A stretch of DNA of 64,000 nt, taken from NCBI GenBank assembly GCA_951406725.2, contig OX597815.1:182838001-182902000 (forward strand), read 5' to 3'. The DNA comes from Octopus vulgaris. Taxonomy: Eukaryota. Below the pieces are notes generated by a model. It was not told the origin of the DNA, did no database searches, and saw only the letters and a program-made list of their open reading frames with translations. This document shows, piece after piece, positions 1 to 13,074 of this stretch; the first letter of the stretch is position 1; every line of letters begins with the position of its first letter. Made by a program: the position numbers and the translations under genes.

Positions 1-52
1 GTGTCACTTGCTCTGTTCCGTCGTAATCCGAAGACAGTGGGAGTGACCATTC

Positions 53-1348
53 ATGCTGAATCACGCAGGAGCCTACAATGATACAGGAAACACGTCATTG
101 CTCGAGTATTATGATGTTGCATTCAATGACACATCCTTTACAAAACAGGGTTTCACCTACGAACTAAAACACCCTAGTATTGGCATACTGCTTTCCGTTT
201 TTTCTTTAATTACTATTGTGGGAAACATTCTAGTTATTGTGGCAGTTACTCGGGAAATATATTTAAGGACCGTGACAAATTATTTCATTGTGTCTCTGGC
301 TGTAGCTGATCTTATGGTAGGAGGTATTGTAATGCCCTTCAGTATTAGTCACGAAATGACCAACAATGTTTGGCTGTATGGACCTATTTGGTGTGATTTG
401 TGGCATTCGTTTGACGTACTGGCAAGTACTGCTTCCATCATGAATTTATGTGTAATTTCACTCGACCGATACTGGGCGATTAATGATCCAATTTCTTATC
501 CAATTAGAATGTCTTCGAGTAAGGTAAGCCTTCTTATAACTGGAGTTTGGTTATGCTCGGCAACGATATCCTTCCCAGCTATTGCTTGGTGGCGAGCTGT
601 AACACCCCCAGACTTGCCGAGTAACCAGTGTATATTCACTGAAGACACGGGGTATTTAATATTTTCATCGTGTGTATCGTTTTACTGTCCCCTCATTATC
701 ATGCTATTCGTTTATTATAAAATCTACAAAGCTGCAGTGGCTCAAACGCGAAGTATCAAAATGGGATGCAAAGTAATGATGTCAAGTAGCATGGATGGAG
801 AGGCAATGACACTTCGGATGCACAGAGGAGGTCGGAAGCGGACAACACATGAAAATGACACAAGCGCTGAACGAAATGCAAGTGACAGTGATAGTGGCAG
901 TCCTGCTCACTTAGTTCGTGCTCAAGCAGGAGAACGGCCAACAAAATTTATCACAAAGCGCCTTAGACATTTTGCAATTAGTAAAAAACTAAGTAAGATT
1001 GCCAAAGAACAGAAGGCAGCAAAAACACTTGGCATTGTTGTAGGCGTTTTCATTCTCTGTTGGCTCCCTTTCTTTATAACTAATCTCCTATTAGCACTGT
1101 GCAAAACGTGCGTCGTTTATCCAGAAGTACTCTTTCCAGTTTTCACTTGGTTCGGATATATTAATTCAGGAATGAATCCAATCATATATGCTCTATCGAT
1201 GCGAGATTTCAGACGTGCATTTTCAAAGATTATTTTTATCTGTTGTCCTAAATATGGTGTCATTCGTCGCCAAACGGCTAATGATAACAATACTAGTACA
1301 AGCTTTACAGTGAGCACTGTTGACCGTACCGTTCCATATAAACTGTAA
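53..1348 (+). CDS. Dop1R2: Class A aminergic GPCR, invertebrate-type D1-like dopamine receptor (Dop1R2/DAMB/INDR-like), single exon, 431 aa
   Basis: Seven hydrophobic segments with GN (TM1), LAVAD (TM2), WHSFDVLASTASIMNLCVISLDRY (TM3 Asp plus DRY), FPAIAWWRA (typical of Dop1R2), TM5 FSSCVSFY serines, KEQKAAKTLG, CWLPFF and NPIIY. N-terminal N-glycosylation sequons and a C-tail Cys-Cys are present. An in-frame TGA at 44-46 fixes the ATG at 53. The orthology call is from remembered motifs, not a phylogeny. Confidence 0.9.
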   Translation: MLNHAGAYNDTGNTSLLEYYDVAFNDTSFTKQGFTYELKHPSIGILLSVFSLITIVGNILVIVAVTREIYLRTVTNYFIVSLAVADLMVGGIVMPFSISHEMTNNVWLYGPIWCDLWHSFDVLASTASIMNLCVISLDRYWAINDPISYPIRMSSSKVSLLITGVWLCSATISFPAIAWWRAVTPPDLPSNQCIFTEDTGYLIFSSCVSFYCPLIIMLFVYYKIYKAAVAQTRSIKMGCKVMMSSSMDGEAMTLRMHRGGRKRTTHENDTSAERNASDSDSGSPAHLVRAQAGERPTKFITKRLRHFAISKKLSKIAKEQKAAKTLGIVVGVFILCWLPFFITNLLLALCKTCVVYPEVLFPVFTWFGYINSGMNPIIYALSMRDFRRAFSKIIFICCPKYGVIRRQTANDNNTSTSFTVSTVDRTVPYKL

Positions 1349-1754
1349 GACGATAAAAGCACGTGGAGATAAGCCAAATGAAAAAAATACCTCTTTGAAA
1401 TAACATTTTCATAAAAAGAAATTGAATTTTGAGTTTGTCCACTAGAGAGGTATCTCCCTATGTGTCGAACTCGTGAATGAGATAATGAAAGGTTCCGTAA
1501 ATATATAAAACAGAATCAAAACAGTGTAAGACAGAAAACTTGAATTTCTACATGAATGATCTGTTAACGACTTTACACATAATTATATATTTACACACAT
1601 TACTGTTAATATAAATATGAATGTACTGTTAGGTATGTAATCATTGCATATTTATATAAATTGGTTATGAACTCATAAGCGCATGTATATATGTATATCA
1701 TTTATAAACTGTGTTCACATGTTTACAATCACATTTACACGATGCATACACATC

Positions 1755-1820
<66 letters not shown>

Positions 1821-2038
1821 CATGTATACATACACATATATGTGTGTAAAAATCTATATATATGCATGTATACATATATATATATATATGCAAGTACATA
1901 GTATACATACAAATATATATGCATATATATATGTATGTATATATATATATATATATATATATTCATAAGTGTATATACATATATGTATATATAAGCATAC
2001 ATACCTATACACATATGTATATATATACATATTCATAA

Positions 2039-2075
<37 letters not shown>

Positions 2076-2790
2076 TACATACATACATTAATGTATACAT
2101 ATTCCAAAACAGAAAAAAAATGTTCACGTGACAGACTACAAACTATTCCATCAAAAGACATGATTAAAATGTATAAAGACAGAGTTGCTTCCAGTCGTAT
2201 TATTTGCAAAAATACAAAAAATATATAATAAAATTGTAAATTAACATTGCAATGATAATTGACGTTCAATAGTTTATAAATGTACTTATATGAACAAATT
2301 ATATTATTTTGCTTATTGATTTCTCCGATCGACAGGTATGAATATACCGTAACTGAAAATTATACATTTTCTATAAAAGCCTGACCGTCATCAAGGAAAA
2401 TGTATTTCCTGAATATCAGTCATTATTCAATTAAACATGTAAATCAATGATTACATTGTACTCTTAATTATTTTGCGCGTTAAATATTAGCAGGATGTAC
2501 CTATATGTACATGTACACATATATATTCACTCACATATACACACTTAGATATACGTATACATATACAGACGCATACACTCACGCACAGTCATCCCACTTT
2601 CATATGTAGATATATGTGCATATGTATATATGTTTGTATGTGTTTGCATATATATGTGTTTGTATATATGTATGTATGTGTTTTTTTTAATTTTATTTGA
2701 TACATACCGTCTCACCTCTGCCACTAGCTGACGTATACAAGTGCTTACACTTATCAAGTATTCACCCTAAATTTACAGTATGTGTATATA

Positions 2791-4079
2791 CGAGGGGCGT
2801 TCAATAAGTAATGCCCCTGACCCACTTCCCATTGCAGTAGAGCAACGAAACTTGGCACAGTTATTAGTCTTTTTCTACATATGAACCACCCAGAGTTACG
2901 CATTTCTCCCATTGTTTGATGCAGCTCTGGAGACCGTTTTTGTAGAAGACCCCAGCTTGGTCCTCCAACCTGAACGTGACTTCAGAAATCAAGGCTGCAT
3001 CATCTGAGAAACGCTTTCCTTTCAAAAACAACTTCATGACTGGGAAGAGGTGAAAATCAGAGGGTGCAAGGTCAGGAAAGTAGGGGGATGGGGGAGGAGT
3101 TCATAGCCATACGCCTGTGCTTCTGATATGGCGACAAGCGAGTTGTGGACCGGAGCGTTGTCCTGCAGGAGGAGGATGTCTTTGCTGATCTTGCCCCGCC
3201 TCTTGATTTTGATAACTTCTCTTAATTTCCTCAAAAGTGAAGCATAATAGGCTCCTGCAATTGTGGTACCCTTTGCCAGGAAATCTGTCATCACTACTCC
3301 GTCCTGGTCCCAGAAGACTGTGAGCATGACCTTGCCAGCGGAGGGCTGCTCCCTTGCCTTCTTTGGAGGGGATGAGTCACGGTGCTTCCACTGCATTGAC
3401 TGGGCTTTGGTCTCTGGATCATTGTGATGGACCCAGGATTCATTCCTGTGTAATCAGTCTTTTGAAAAATTTTGACTCATCTTCTTGGCACATCTCCAAA
3501 TTCACCCTCGAGCACTCGACGCGTTCTTGCTTCTGGAAAGGCGTGGGCAACCTGGGAATCCATCTGGCAGACACCTTTTGCATATGCAAATGGTCATGAA
3601 TGATAGTCCACAGACCCGGTACTAATCTTGACCTCATGGGCTATTTGGCGAATAATTATGCGTCGATCTTCCAAAATGGCAGCCTCAACTTGACGGACAG
3701 ATGCCTCATCAATGGCAGAAGGGGCGACCAGATCTGGGAGCTGTTTCCACAGAGTTCCGACCATGTTTGAATTCACGATGCCAGCGTTTTACAAGGTCAT
3801 ATGATGGGGCATCATCACCATAAGTTACTTTCATTTCATCAAAAGTCTCCCGTGGTGTGCGTCCTTTTAAATACAAAAACCGGATCACTGCTCGACACTC
3901 AACAGGCTCCATTTCACACTTGACTCGGTTCAAACACCTGTAAATCAGAGACCACATTTAATTCAGAGCTGTAATTTGCCACTTACTCTATAGAGATATA
4001 AATAATTGCACATGCAAAATTTCAGCTAGATCCAACAACTGCAAGTGGGTCAGAGGCATTACTTATTGAACGGCCCTCG
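2791..4079 (-). mobile_element. Full-length mariner transposon (irritans subfamily, Bytmar1/Himar1-like), 1289 bp
   Basis: Imperfect ~37-bp TIRs (cgaggggcgttcaataagtaatgcccctgacccactt ... aagtgggtcagaggcattacttattgaacggccctcg). TA target duplications at 2789-2790 and 4080-4081. Confidence 0.95.
2864..3912 (-). pseudogene. Mariner D,D34D transposase, broken by several frameshifts
   Basis: Track ORFs 3709-3957, 3594-3776, 3440-3637 and 3034-3396 join into MEPVECRAVIRFL...PRSGRP...KVSARWIPRL...GKVMLTVFWD...LLQDNAPVH...PDLAPSDF...GGSYVEKD*. Confidence 0.93.
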
Positions 4080-4222
4080 TATATGTATATCTGTATATAT
4101 CTATAAATGTGCGTGTGCGTATATATATTTATATATATATATGTATTATGTTTTATGTATGTATATATACATACATACATACATATACATATATATATAT
4201 ATATATACATGTATATATATAT

Positions 4223-4282
<60 letters not shown>

Positions 4283-4546
4283 TTCAGGATTCAAGCGAAT
4301 CAGGTATTTAAATAGTAAAGCGCCAAGGTTGGATCGGTGATTTCGCTTACTAAAGTAAAAACGGCTTTATACTCCCTTTTTGCAGACAATCAAAAATTGC
4401 CGGCTGAACTTACAACGCGTCCTCAAGGTGGCACATCGGTACAAACACTGCACCCATTGTACTACACTCAATAGACTCCAGATCCAATCGAATTGCAGGT
4501 TCCTAGTTTGGTGAATGACATGTAAATAACATCAGATGGATTGTGG

Positions 4547-4632
4547 TCCTTTACAGCTGTTTCAGACGTGTTTTTCTTTAGTCATGAATTGATGTGTTAC
4601 ACCATGCAAGAAATACGTTTTCATCAGGTGAA
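4547..4632 (-). ncRNA. Hammerhead-like motif with long stem II and palindromic stem III
   Basis: Minus strand reads CUGAUGA-aaacguauuucuu...aagaaaaacacgucu-GAAA-CAGCUG-UA. ACAGCUGU is a perfect palindrome. Stem I pairing is poor. Confidence 0.5.
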
Positions 4633-4780
4633 TGCATGTAAGAATTAAACCTTTGGGGCTTCTCAATAACAAGTAAAAGGTGGCATTTTTTACTCTACCG
4701 ACCAAAATTCTGAGCGCGGTATAACACTTGTATTCATGAGTAAAAAAAGCACCTTTGAAACAGCTATAGTGAACCACAAT

Positions 4781-4834
<54 letters not shown>

Positions 4835-5334
4835 GTATGTATTACACAGAACCAAAGCATACTGGTGGTTGTTTGTGTGGGCCAGACTTACATTGTTGTA
4901 GAAATCGAGAGAAAGAATACAGTGATTCTACTGTAAGATGACGGTAGGGAAACAATGTGCTTCGAATGTATTCACGAACGCAATCGCCAAGGTAACCGCC
5001 TTTTTCTTCAGTGTAAAGTGCAGCGGAAAAGTTTGAAGAACTACTACATGGAGTAGAATATATGCAGTAGGAGCTTTGGAAAACTTTGTACGGTGAATAG
5101 GCCCAGTGATGGCTCTAGTATTGTTATTGTAAAAGACATATATCGTCGTTGAGTGTATTTAAAAGTCTCTGGTTGAGTATGGATCATCGCTTTGAAACCT
5201 TTTACTACGAGGTTCTTGAGATTGACATCTTTTAATGCAATGAGTGGTAAAATTCAAAGTGGTTGTGATATCAAAGGGTAGAAAATGGAAGTTGCGAATG
5301 AGTGCGCGTTATATTTGGAAGACGAACGGCTGAT

Positions 5335-5590
5335 TGGTTTTAAAGAGAGGAACAGGCCTACGCTTTGCTAATCGCTTTTGAGAATACATACAAGGCCTAC
5401 TTCTACTTTTACTTGACCAACTTGTTGCTGCCCTCCATTAATACAAGTAGTCACTCATTTACCCATCTATAATCGTGTGGTATCCCTACACATCATGGAT
5501 CCGGACACTCAATGAAACGGAACAAACATCGTTTCCTATTCAAACTCAGAACCATAGCACCGACGGGTTTAAATGAATGTTCTTCGCTAA
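5335..5590 (+). mobile_element. Penelope-like element GIY-YIG endonuclease C-terminal relic
   Basis: Degenerate translation TGLRFANRF*EYI ... LVA ... NTSSHSFTHL ... RFLFKLRTIAPTGLNE resembles the GxTGRxLxxRFxEH ... HFN ... KLxTLxPxGLN ending of PLE ORFs. Confidence 0.6.
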
Positions 5591-5937
5591 TCCCTCCTTC
5601 TTTCTTTAGTCCAGTAATCTGATTTTTATTATTCAGCTCTCCTCTCGTCTTCATGTTTTACTCCTCTCTAATCTTCACTCGCTTCTCTTCCTATTTTAAA
5701 TTCTGTTCCCTTTTCTTCTCTCTTCCACTGGGTTTCTCCTTCCTAGTTTTTCCTGTCCACGTATACAAGCTCACGTTGTCTTGAACTCCCCGTTAGTTGC
5801 AGCCAATTACTCAAGCAGATTAAGTGAATTCTGATATCTTTAAACTTTTCCCGTTTCTTAACCCAGAATAAAAATTGTCCGCAACTTTGCATAACTCGCT
5901 TCATTGCAATTTTTCTACTGTGCAATGTGTGTGCGTG

Positions 5938-6005
<68 letters not shown>

Positions 6006-6711
6006 GTGTGTGTGTGCGTGTGTGTACGTTGCCATTTCATTCAGAATCAACGGGCAATGACACTGATATTCAAATATCAGAAATCAACAAAATGTAAATG
6101 ATTTAAGGTAACTGAATACTTAATTTAACAACATAATACATAAAGATACTGCATTAACTGAGTAAGTATCTTTAAAGTTACTACACTTTCATTTTATCCA
6201 CTGTATACAAATGAAAACCTGTATATTTATATTTCCGTTGTCATTTGTAATATACGATTCGACTTTACGAATGTATAGGTTTATAAATTTGTAACATTTA
6301 CCGCCTAAATTTTCAGTTAAAGAAGATTCATGGATTTGTATGTATTTTTTGTCTTATTTGTTTTCAGTTTATTTGTAAGAAGAGCATCAGGATTCCTTTC
6401 CCTTATTCCTTCTACGTTTTATTATTTCTTTTTCTTTTTGTTTCTAAACATTTTTATTGCCTTTAATTATTTGGGGCTGTTTTTACATCCTCTCATTTCT
6501 TTCAGTCATTTGACTGCGCCCATGCCGGAATGCAGCCATGAAAGATTTTAGTCAAAGAAATCGATCCGATGACATATTTTTTAAGCCTAATACTTAATTC
6601 TATCGTTTCTCTTGCAGAAGCTTTGATGTCTTTACGGGACGTAAAGACATCAACACCGGTTGTCAAGCGGTGATGGGGGCAACTACAGACTCACACAAAT
6701 ACACACATAAT

Positions 6712-6830
<119 letters not shown>

Positions 6831-6894
6831 TGCATACATACATGCATACATGCAAACATGCATACATACATGCATACATGCATACATTGAAGCT

Positions 6895-7165
6895 CAGATG
6901 TCTGTCAACTGATTTGGTAGACACCCACAATATTATCCACCATCTTTCCAACATTAAACTTGAGCAACGTTTTGAATTTCATGTGACAAACACTCGTGGG
7001 CATGCTTTCAAAATCAGAAAGAAAACACCACACCGCCCATGACTCTCGTAAACATTCACGCTCAGAATTGTTGAAGCAAGGAATAAACTGCCCGCATCAG
7101 TCGTTAGCTGTCGGGACACTAAAACCTTCAAAACTTCCATGCTTTATGAAATCCGCCGTCAGTTC
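6895..7165 (+). mobile_element. 3' fragment of a CR1/L2-type LINE ORF2
   Basis: DLVDTHNIIHH...FEFHVTNTRGHAFKIRK followed by a degenerate RxV..WNKLP...FK, matching the conserved CR1-group ORF2 C-terminus. Confidence 0.65.
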
Positions 7166-7299
7166 ACCTGAAGGCTTTTTTCTTCATTGTAGTATAGTTG
7201 AGCACGGTATATAACAAATTCTTTCATAACTTTTTATACATACGTTCGTGTCAGCGAAAAGAAAATGCCTACGCTGAACTATGGTAGTAACATTGATCA

Positions 7300-8225
7300 T
7301 CAAATCATTCTATCATGGAGCAACAACCGGATTATTACCCCTCACTTTGAAGGATATGCGTTTGCAATCCTTATTAATAACCAAATACCTGATACACAAA
7401 AGGGATAGAGATGCAGGAAGAGCAGCAAAATGTGACAACCGATGCAGACTTTGTGGAGTTAACACCGAAGATATCACCCACATCATAAGATGTTGTCCGA
7501 AAATGCCATCATGATAATATCTACAGATGAAACATGATGTTGTAGCTAGGATACCATATAACGAGATCCGTCGGAAGGATAATCCGGAGGACAAGGGAAT
7601 AAGAACCCCCAGAATAGTGGAAAACATAGCCACTCATAATAAAAAGGAGTACTGGTGGAATGTCCCAGTGAAGACCTCTATAAAATGTTAACACAATAGA
7701 CTTGATATAATGGTTTGAGATGAAGAAGAGAAAGTGTACAGTTGTGGAAACTGGATGTTAATATAAAGCTGAAGATCAGTGAGAAAGAGAACACCTACGC
7801 TGAACTACTGAGAAATCTAGAGTTACTCTATGCAGATTACAAGTTCAGGTTTATACCTGTAATTATTGGGGCCCTGGAATATGTAACACACAGTCTAAAT
7901 ACCAAAATTGAGAAATTAGGCTTCTGAAAACCAGAAAGGAGAATGCTAATTCAAAGACTACATATCTAATCCATCACTGGAACTGTAAACATCTGTAAAA
8001 CTTTCCAGAAGTTTGTCATTTAAATATATATGAGCATGTCTAGATATGCAACTATATGCATGAGAATACATACATAAAACAAAACATACAAATCTGCTCG
8101 TACACATACATACAAACAAAAATACTCTGTTGATGTTGAAATTCCAATGAAAGGGCCTTGGATCTAGATTAGAAACCGGCTGTTTCTGTATTGGCAAGAA
8201 ATCTTGAAGTAAAACTGAATAATGA
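7300..8225 (+). mobile_element. R4/Dong-like (RLE-type) non-LTR retrotransposon, 3' relic
   Basis: CRLCGVNTEDITHIIRCC zinc knuckle, (R/K)HDVVAR, YWWNVPVKTSIKC*HNRLDI (PD-D/ExK region) and KENTYAELL..IPVIIGAL. The 3' UTR ends in (TACA)n at 8226-8308. Confidence 0.85.
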
Positions 8226-8279
8226 CATACATATATACATACATACATGCATACATACATACATACATACATACATACA

Positions 8280-8310
<31 letters not shown>

Positions 8311-8726
8311 CAGAGGTAAGAAAGTAAGAGTTTCGAAAAGCATGCTTGATGATTAAAGGAATTAGATGGAGAAAGACGCAATGTTACACTTCACGTGCAG
8401 GCTGCAATAACAAAAGAAAAATACAGGCTGCAATGATAACACAGGCCTAAAATTTAATCAAAATTAAACGGGCGAAAGTAGATTTCTAAAAGTTGAAACG
8501 ACATGGAAAAAACGCAGGAACAATAATTTTAAGCAGGTGTAATGAGATAAAACTCTCTTAAAAGTAAAAAGCGTAGGTATAACCTTATATGACCAGCGGA
8601 GAAAGCAAAAGGTGTTGCGAAAACATTATGAATATGTTATGTAAAGGAAAGAACTGTGTAAGAATGAAATGCGATGATCTTTAGGAATCCATGATAGGAC
8701 AAGGAGATAAGCAGCACATCTGAAAC

Positions 8727-8896
<170 letters not shown>

Positions 8897-10380
8897 TGCT
8901 TATAATTCAAAGTGGCAAAGTAGTGTCATCTGATGGTGTAGAGGTACTCAACGGTGAGGAAATCAAGGATTTATAAGACTAATGGATATAAATATCTGGG
9001 GATTTCAGAATACGACAAAATCAAGGAAAGTGATATGAAGGAAAACTTTAGGCGAGAATATCTCAGAAGAACCAAGTCAATTATGGGAAGTAGACTCAAT
9101 GGAAAAATCAAGATCAGGGCAATGGACATCAGGGTTGTTTGCTTAATGCAATATGGTGCATGTGTGTTTAAGTGGAGAAAGAATGCGCTTGAGGAATTGA
9201 ACAAGAAAACAATAAACGTGGTGACAATTAACAAGGAACTATTCCCTAAAAGCGATAATGACAGACTGTATGTGCCAAGAAGCAGGGATAGAAGAAGTTT
9301 CATAAAATGCAAGTTCTGTGTTGTCAACGGGAACATTCTGGAAATGTACATCACACGGCTGAGTGATTCTTTGCTTGCCGCTGTTAGAATTAACAATATA
9401 ATACATATCGAAAATTTCCTGAACCTACAAGCATTTAAGAAGCAAGATGAAGAAGAAGGAGCATACAACTGGAAAAGGAAACAACTGTATATGCAATACC
9501 TCAGAGAAATCGAAGGAAAAGGCTAGATCAACACTTGAAGATGGCTACGAAAAACTGATGTGAAAGGATGCAGTGAGGAGTTGACATGCAGCGCCCAGGA
9601 ACAAGTTCTAAGAACTATTTACACCAATTTCCAAATAGATAGAGTAGCCAATCGCCCCTTTGTAGGATGTGTGGCAGCAGAAAGGAAACAATCTCACATA
9701 TTGTGAGTGAGTGTAGCAAGCTGGCCCAAAAGTACTACAAAACGAGGCGCGATAATGTGGCTAAGTCCGTCCTCTGGAGGCCATGTAAAAAGTACGGAAA
9801 TGGTACGAACATGAAATACAAGAAGTCACCGAGAACAAGGAACATAAGATACTGTGGGATTTTACAGTCTAATGTGACTCCCTAATTTAGGCTCGGAGAC
9901 CAGATATTGTTGTGGTAGATAGAAGAAAAAAGGAAGCCAAGATTATAGATATTGCAATACCCGGAGATGCACGCGTGACAGAGAACTAGAAGAGATTGAA
10001 AAGTACAGACTTCTAAAAGATGAAATCGCAAGAATGTGGACTATGAGGAGAGTGTCTGTCATTCCAGGGGTATTCGAAGCACTAACAACTAAATCTGAGA
10101 AATATGTCATTGAAATCGGAATTGCCATGAGAGCAGAGCAAGCCAAAAAATCTGTTCTGCTGAGGACAGCTAGGATTTTCAGATTAGTACTTGGATGTTG
10201 AATGTCTCCCACGATAATTAAAAATCAAATATCAAAGCTTATAATGTGCGGAAAGAGACCCTGGGAGACCTCTGAGCCGAAAGCAACCTGCTGTCCGCTC
10301 TCACAGAATCTACCAGATCAAACAAGACCGAACGTTCTGAGAAGTAAAACAAAACTAACAACAACAACAACAACAACAAT
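8897..10380 (+). mobile_element. Second R4/Dong-like retrotransposon, 5'-truncated and decayed (RT C-half, CCHC, RLE)
   Basis: YKYLGI, EYLRRTKSIMGSRLNG, RLYVPRSR, AQEQVL, CRMCGSRKETISHIVSEC..RRDNVAK and RPDIVVVD..KIIDIAIP. Contains stops and frameshifts; ends in (CAA)n. Confidence 0.88.
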
Positions 10381-10442
10381 TGTAACAATATGCGAGAGAT
10401 TAAAATCGTTATATGCATTAGTCATGCAGCTGAAGGAGCCTC

Positions 10443-11745
10443 GAAACTCAAAATTTCGTTGTTTCTTTGCAACAGTTCAGTATATCACATTTTTGTTCTA
10501 AAAATAATTTACCCCGAATCAGGATACAATACTTCTCACACAAAAATTACGGGCACTCCATACAATGGTGTTAGAACCTATGTCTGTATGGGATTTATTA
10601 GTAAGATAGCCACCTGATTTTGGGGGGGTTTGAACCGGCTTCTTTTAATTGCTGTACATTTTGCATAGATTTCTTGAGAACAAATTCTCAAAGGATTTTG
10701 GTGCTCGTTCTGAATCTGTTTTCTGTTGTTCCTATGTAAGTTCATGTAAGGCTTTCTTTTTCCACAGCGCTGGTATCGACTTGAACATTATGTTTATATA
10801 TTACTGCTTTGATCGGAAAATTACCATGAAGGAGGCGGTTACTAGAGTTTATACAGTTACACTTAGTTCCCTTTTTGATTTGGCTTCAGCGAGTCCTCTC
10901 ACAATATGTTGCTTAATCAACTTGTTGCTAACAGCTAACTGCTTTAAATTCCATAATAGTTATACCCACCTGGGAAAACAACCTTGATACTAAATTTGAG
11001 AATTCCCTAGCTATATTAGTTTTGAAATTCGTAGTATATATTGGATTGAACTATAAATTCTTCCTGGAAATAATCCTGCGTGTTATCCTGTGGCTATTTT
11101 CATTGCTAGCATAACAGGTTTGACACTTACAAACAGGAGATTCGCTTATCTATATTGCAAAATATATTCTTAAGGATACAAGGTGTGTGGATAGAATTAT
11201 TATTAATATAGTCTTGCGGATTTTCTTTGCATACCGTACGAAATTACAATTATCGTTAAAGGTTCTTTGTAAGTTATCATATGCTTAAGGGGATTTCATT
11301 TTCCTTATCAAACTAAACAGTTCTCTCCAAATGTTTCTTGATCTTTAATAGCTGGTGGGACATTCTTTGATTTAAATCCGTATTTATTTTCCGTGCTATT
11401 ATGCAGCCATTCTCTTCGTCAATGAAAACTTACTCTTTCAGCACCTGATTCTGCATATGAAATCTTCGGTTTTCTCAGACATGTTCTTTAAATATTGATT
11501 AGTCGGCAGTATAGAAATATTCTTAATTGAAAATTCAGTGAGTATAATTCTATTTTCCATTTGCTCTTTCTTCTTCCTGTAAATAGTGCTCTAACATAAA
11601 GAGGAAACTCATGAACACTTGTGAGTACATTGATTCAAAAAAGTGGAGAAAATAGTCTTCTGACACTATATAGCCTTCTGCTGGAGCTGAAAAACTTCAC
11701 AAATTCGTACTCTCAGGTTCATGTAACCGCTCATCAGATTGACAT
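10443..11745 (-). mobile_element. Internally deleted Penelope-like element with a hammerhead relic at each end
   Basis: Minus-strand relics KYGFKSKNVPP (~11360-11385), RKNL*FNPIYTTNFKTNIAREF (~11000-11065) and GIY-YIG LHGNF..KAVIYK...TYIGTTENRFRT (~10705-10835). Hammerhead-like relics at 11703-11742 and 10443-10483. Confidence 0.7.
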
Positions 11746-12412
11746 GAACATTTATAAATCATTTGACTTCAACTTTTTCTCATTCTAAAGTTATATAATT
11801 TTCATCAAAGATCAATTGTGTTGTCTTACGGATTCATCGAATTTGCAAAATTTACAATTCTGTCCAATTAGCTCTAAATTCGATGACTTAACATTTTACG
11901 TTCGTACGGTTTCTTTCAGAACATTTGAATTAATACTTTTATCTGTGACAATAAATATTTAGTTGGAGAGAGTTATTTGTGTAGATGACTTTGCACGGAT
12001 AATAAGTTATATATATATATATTATCAGCAGTCTCGTACTTACGTTCGGTATATTTAAACCCAACAACTGTTTGAGATTTAGTAAATTTTCCTTTTGACA
12101 TATTCCACTTTACAACACTCCATAAAGAATTAAAACTTTACAACAACTAACATAAAAGAAGCTCATCATACCGACATCACTCTATCCAGATATTAGGATG
12201 TCTTCCTTTTCTTCGCCACCTCTTTCCTTACTTTACTACTACTACTGTTTAGAATAACACCTACGCAAATATTATATACAATAAAGCCAAAAGAGATGTC
12301 TCATAAATTCAATCACTACTACCATCCACAACGGATCACATTCAGGGCACTTGACTATTTAACATCCTACTACTATCATAGCATTCCCGCATTATTATTC
12401 TCCTTCTCTTCC

Positions 12413-12490
12413 TTCTTCTTCTTCTTCTTCTTCTTCTTCTTCTTCTTCTTCTTCTTCTTCTTCTTCTTCTTCTTCTTCTTCTTCTTCTTC
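12413..12490 (+). repeat. (TTC)n microsatellite
   Basis: Directly visible. Confidence 0.98.
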
Positions 12491-12654
12491 TCTGCCAAGA
12501 ATTCACAACGAGTTCGAACCAACAAGAGTAAACAAGAGAGACAGAGACAGGCAGAAACAAGTAACATACCCATTGCATTTGAATACTATGCAAATATTCT
12601 TTTAAAAAACTTTTCTTTTAATTTTTCCAAAATTTAATTGTTCTTCTATGCTTA

Positions 12655-12690
12655 CAGTTGAAAAAGTGTCAATGACTGAAACTGGTACTG
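12655..12690 (+). ncRNA. Degenerate minimal hammerhead relic
   Basis: cag-UUGAAAA-agu gucaaug acu-GAAA-CUGG-UA-cug. Stems I and II pair; the CUGANGA core has two substitutions. Confidence 0.4.
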
Positions 12691-12789
12691 AAATGTTTTT
12701 TAAAAAATAATTTTAGCATTTTCTACCTTGAGTTTTTTTCCATATACATATCAACCCGTGTGTTCCTTTTCAACCATATATATATATAG

Positions 12790-12985
12790 TTAATCCAAAC
12801 ATGAAAACACAAAGAGAAAACACAACAACGCGAGGACGTGGAACAAATATAGTATTATTAGACACTCAAGAAGGAAGGGATGAAGGAGGGTTTAACGTTT
12901 CGAGCGGAGCTCTTCGTCAGAAACATAGGAAAAGGAAAGATCCAGAGAAGGGAAGACGGAGGAATAAAAATCACCAACGGTGGAG
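12790..12985 (-). mobile_element. Short non-coding element with a minimal type-I hammerhead (12890-12924); second copy at 36352-36558
   Basis: Minus strand guuu-CUGACGA-a-GAGC ucc GCUC-GAAAC-GUU-aaac. The near-identical copy at 36.35 kb has the core decayed to CCAACGA. Both abut (TA)n. Confidence 0.7.
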
Positions 12986-13026
12986 TTGCCTAATAGTGGT
13001 TTTATCTCTAATTTTATCTCTAATTT

Positions 13027-13074
<48 letters not shown>

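Noticed and set aside
756-1377. Minus-strand ORFs overlapping the receptor
   Set aside because: Antisense shadows of the GPCR with no independent motifs.
1683-2269. Many ORFs of [16 protein letters not shown] or LSIY type here and across the window
   Set aside because: They are translations of (TA)n, (TG)n, (TACA)n and (GATA)n microsatellites, which lack stop codons in some frames.
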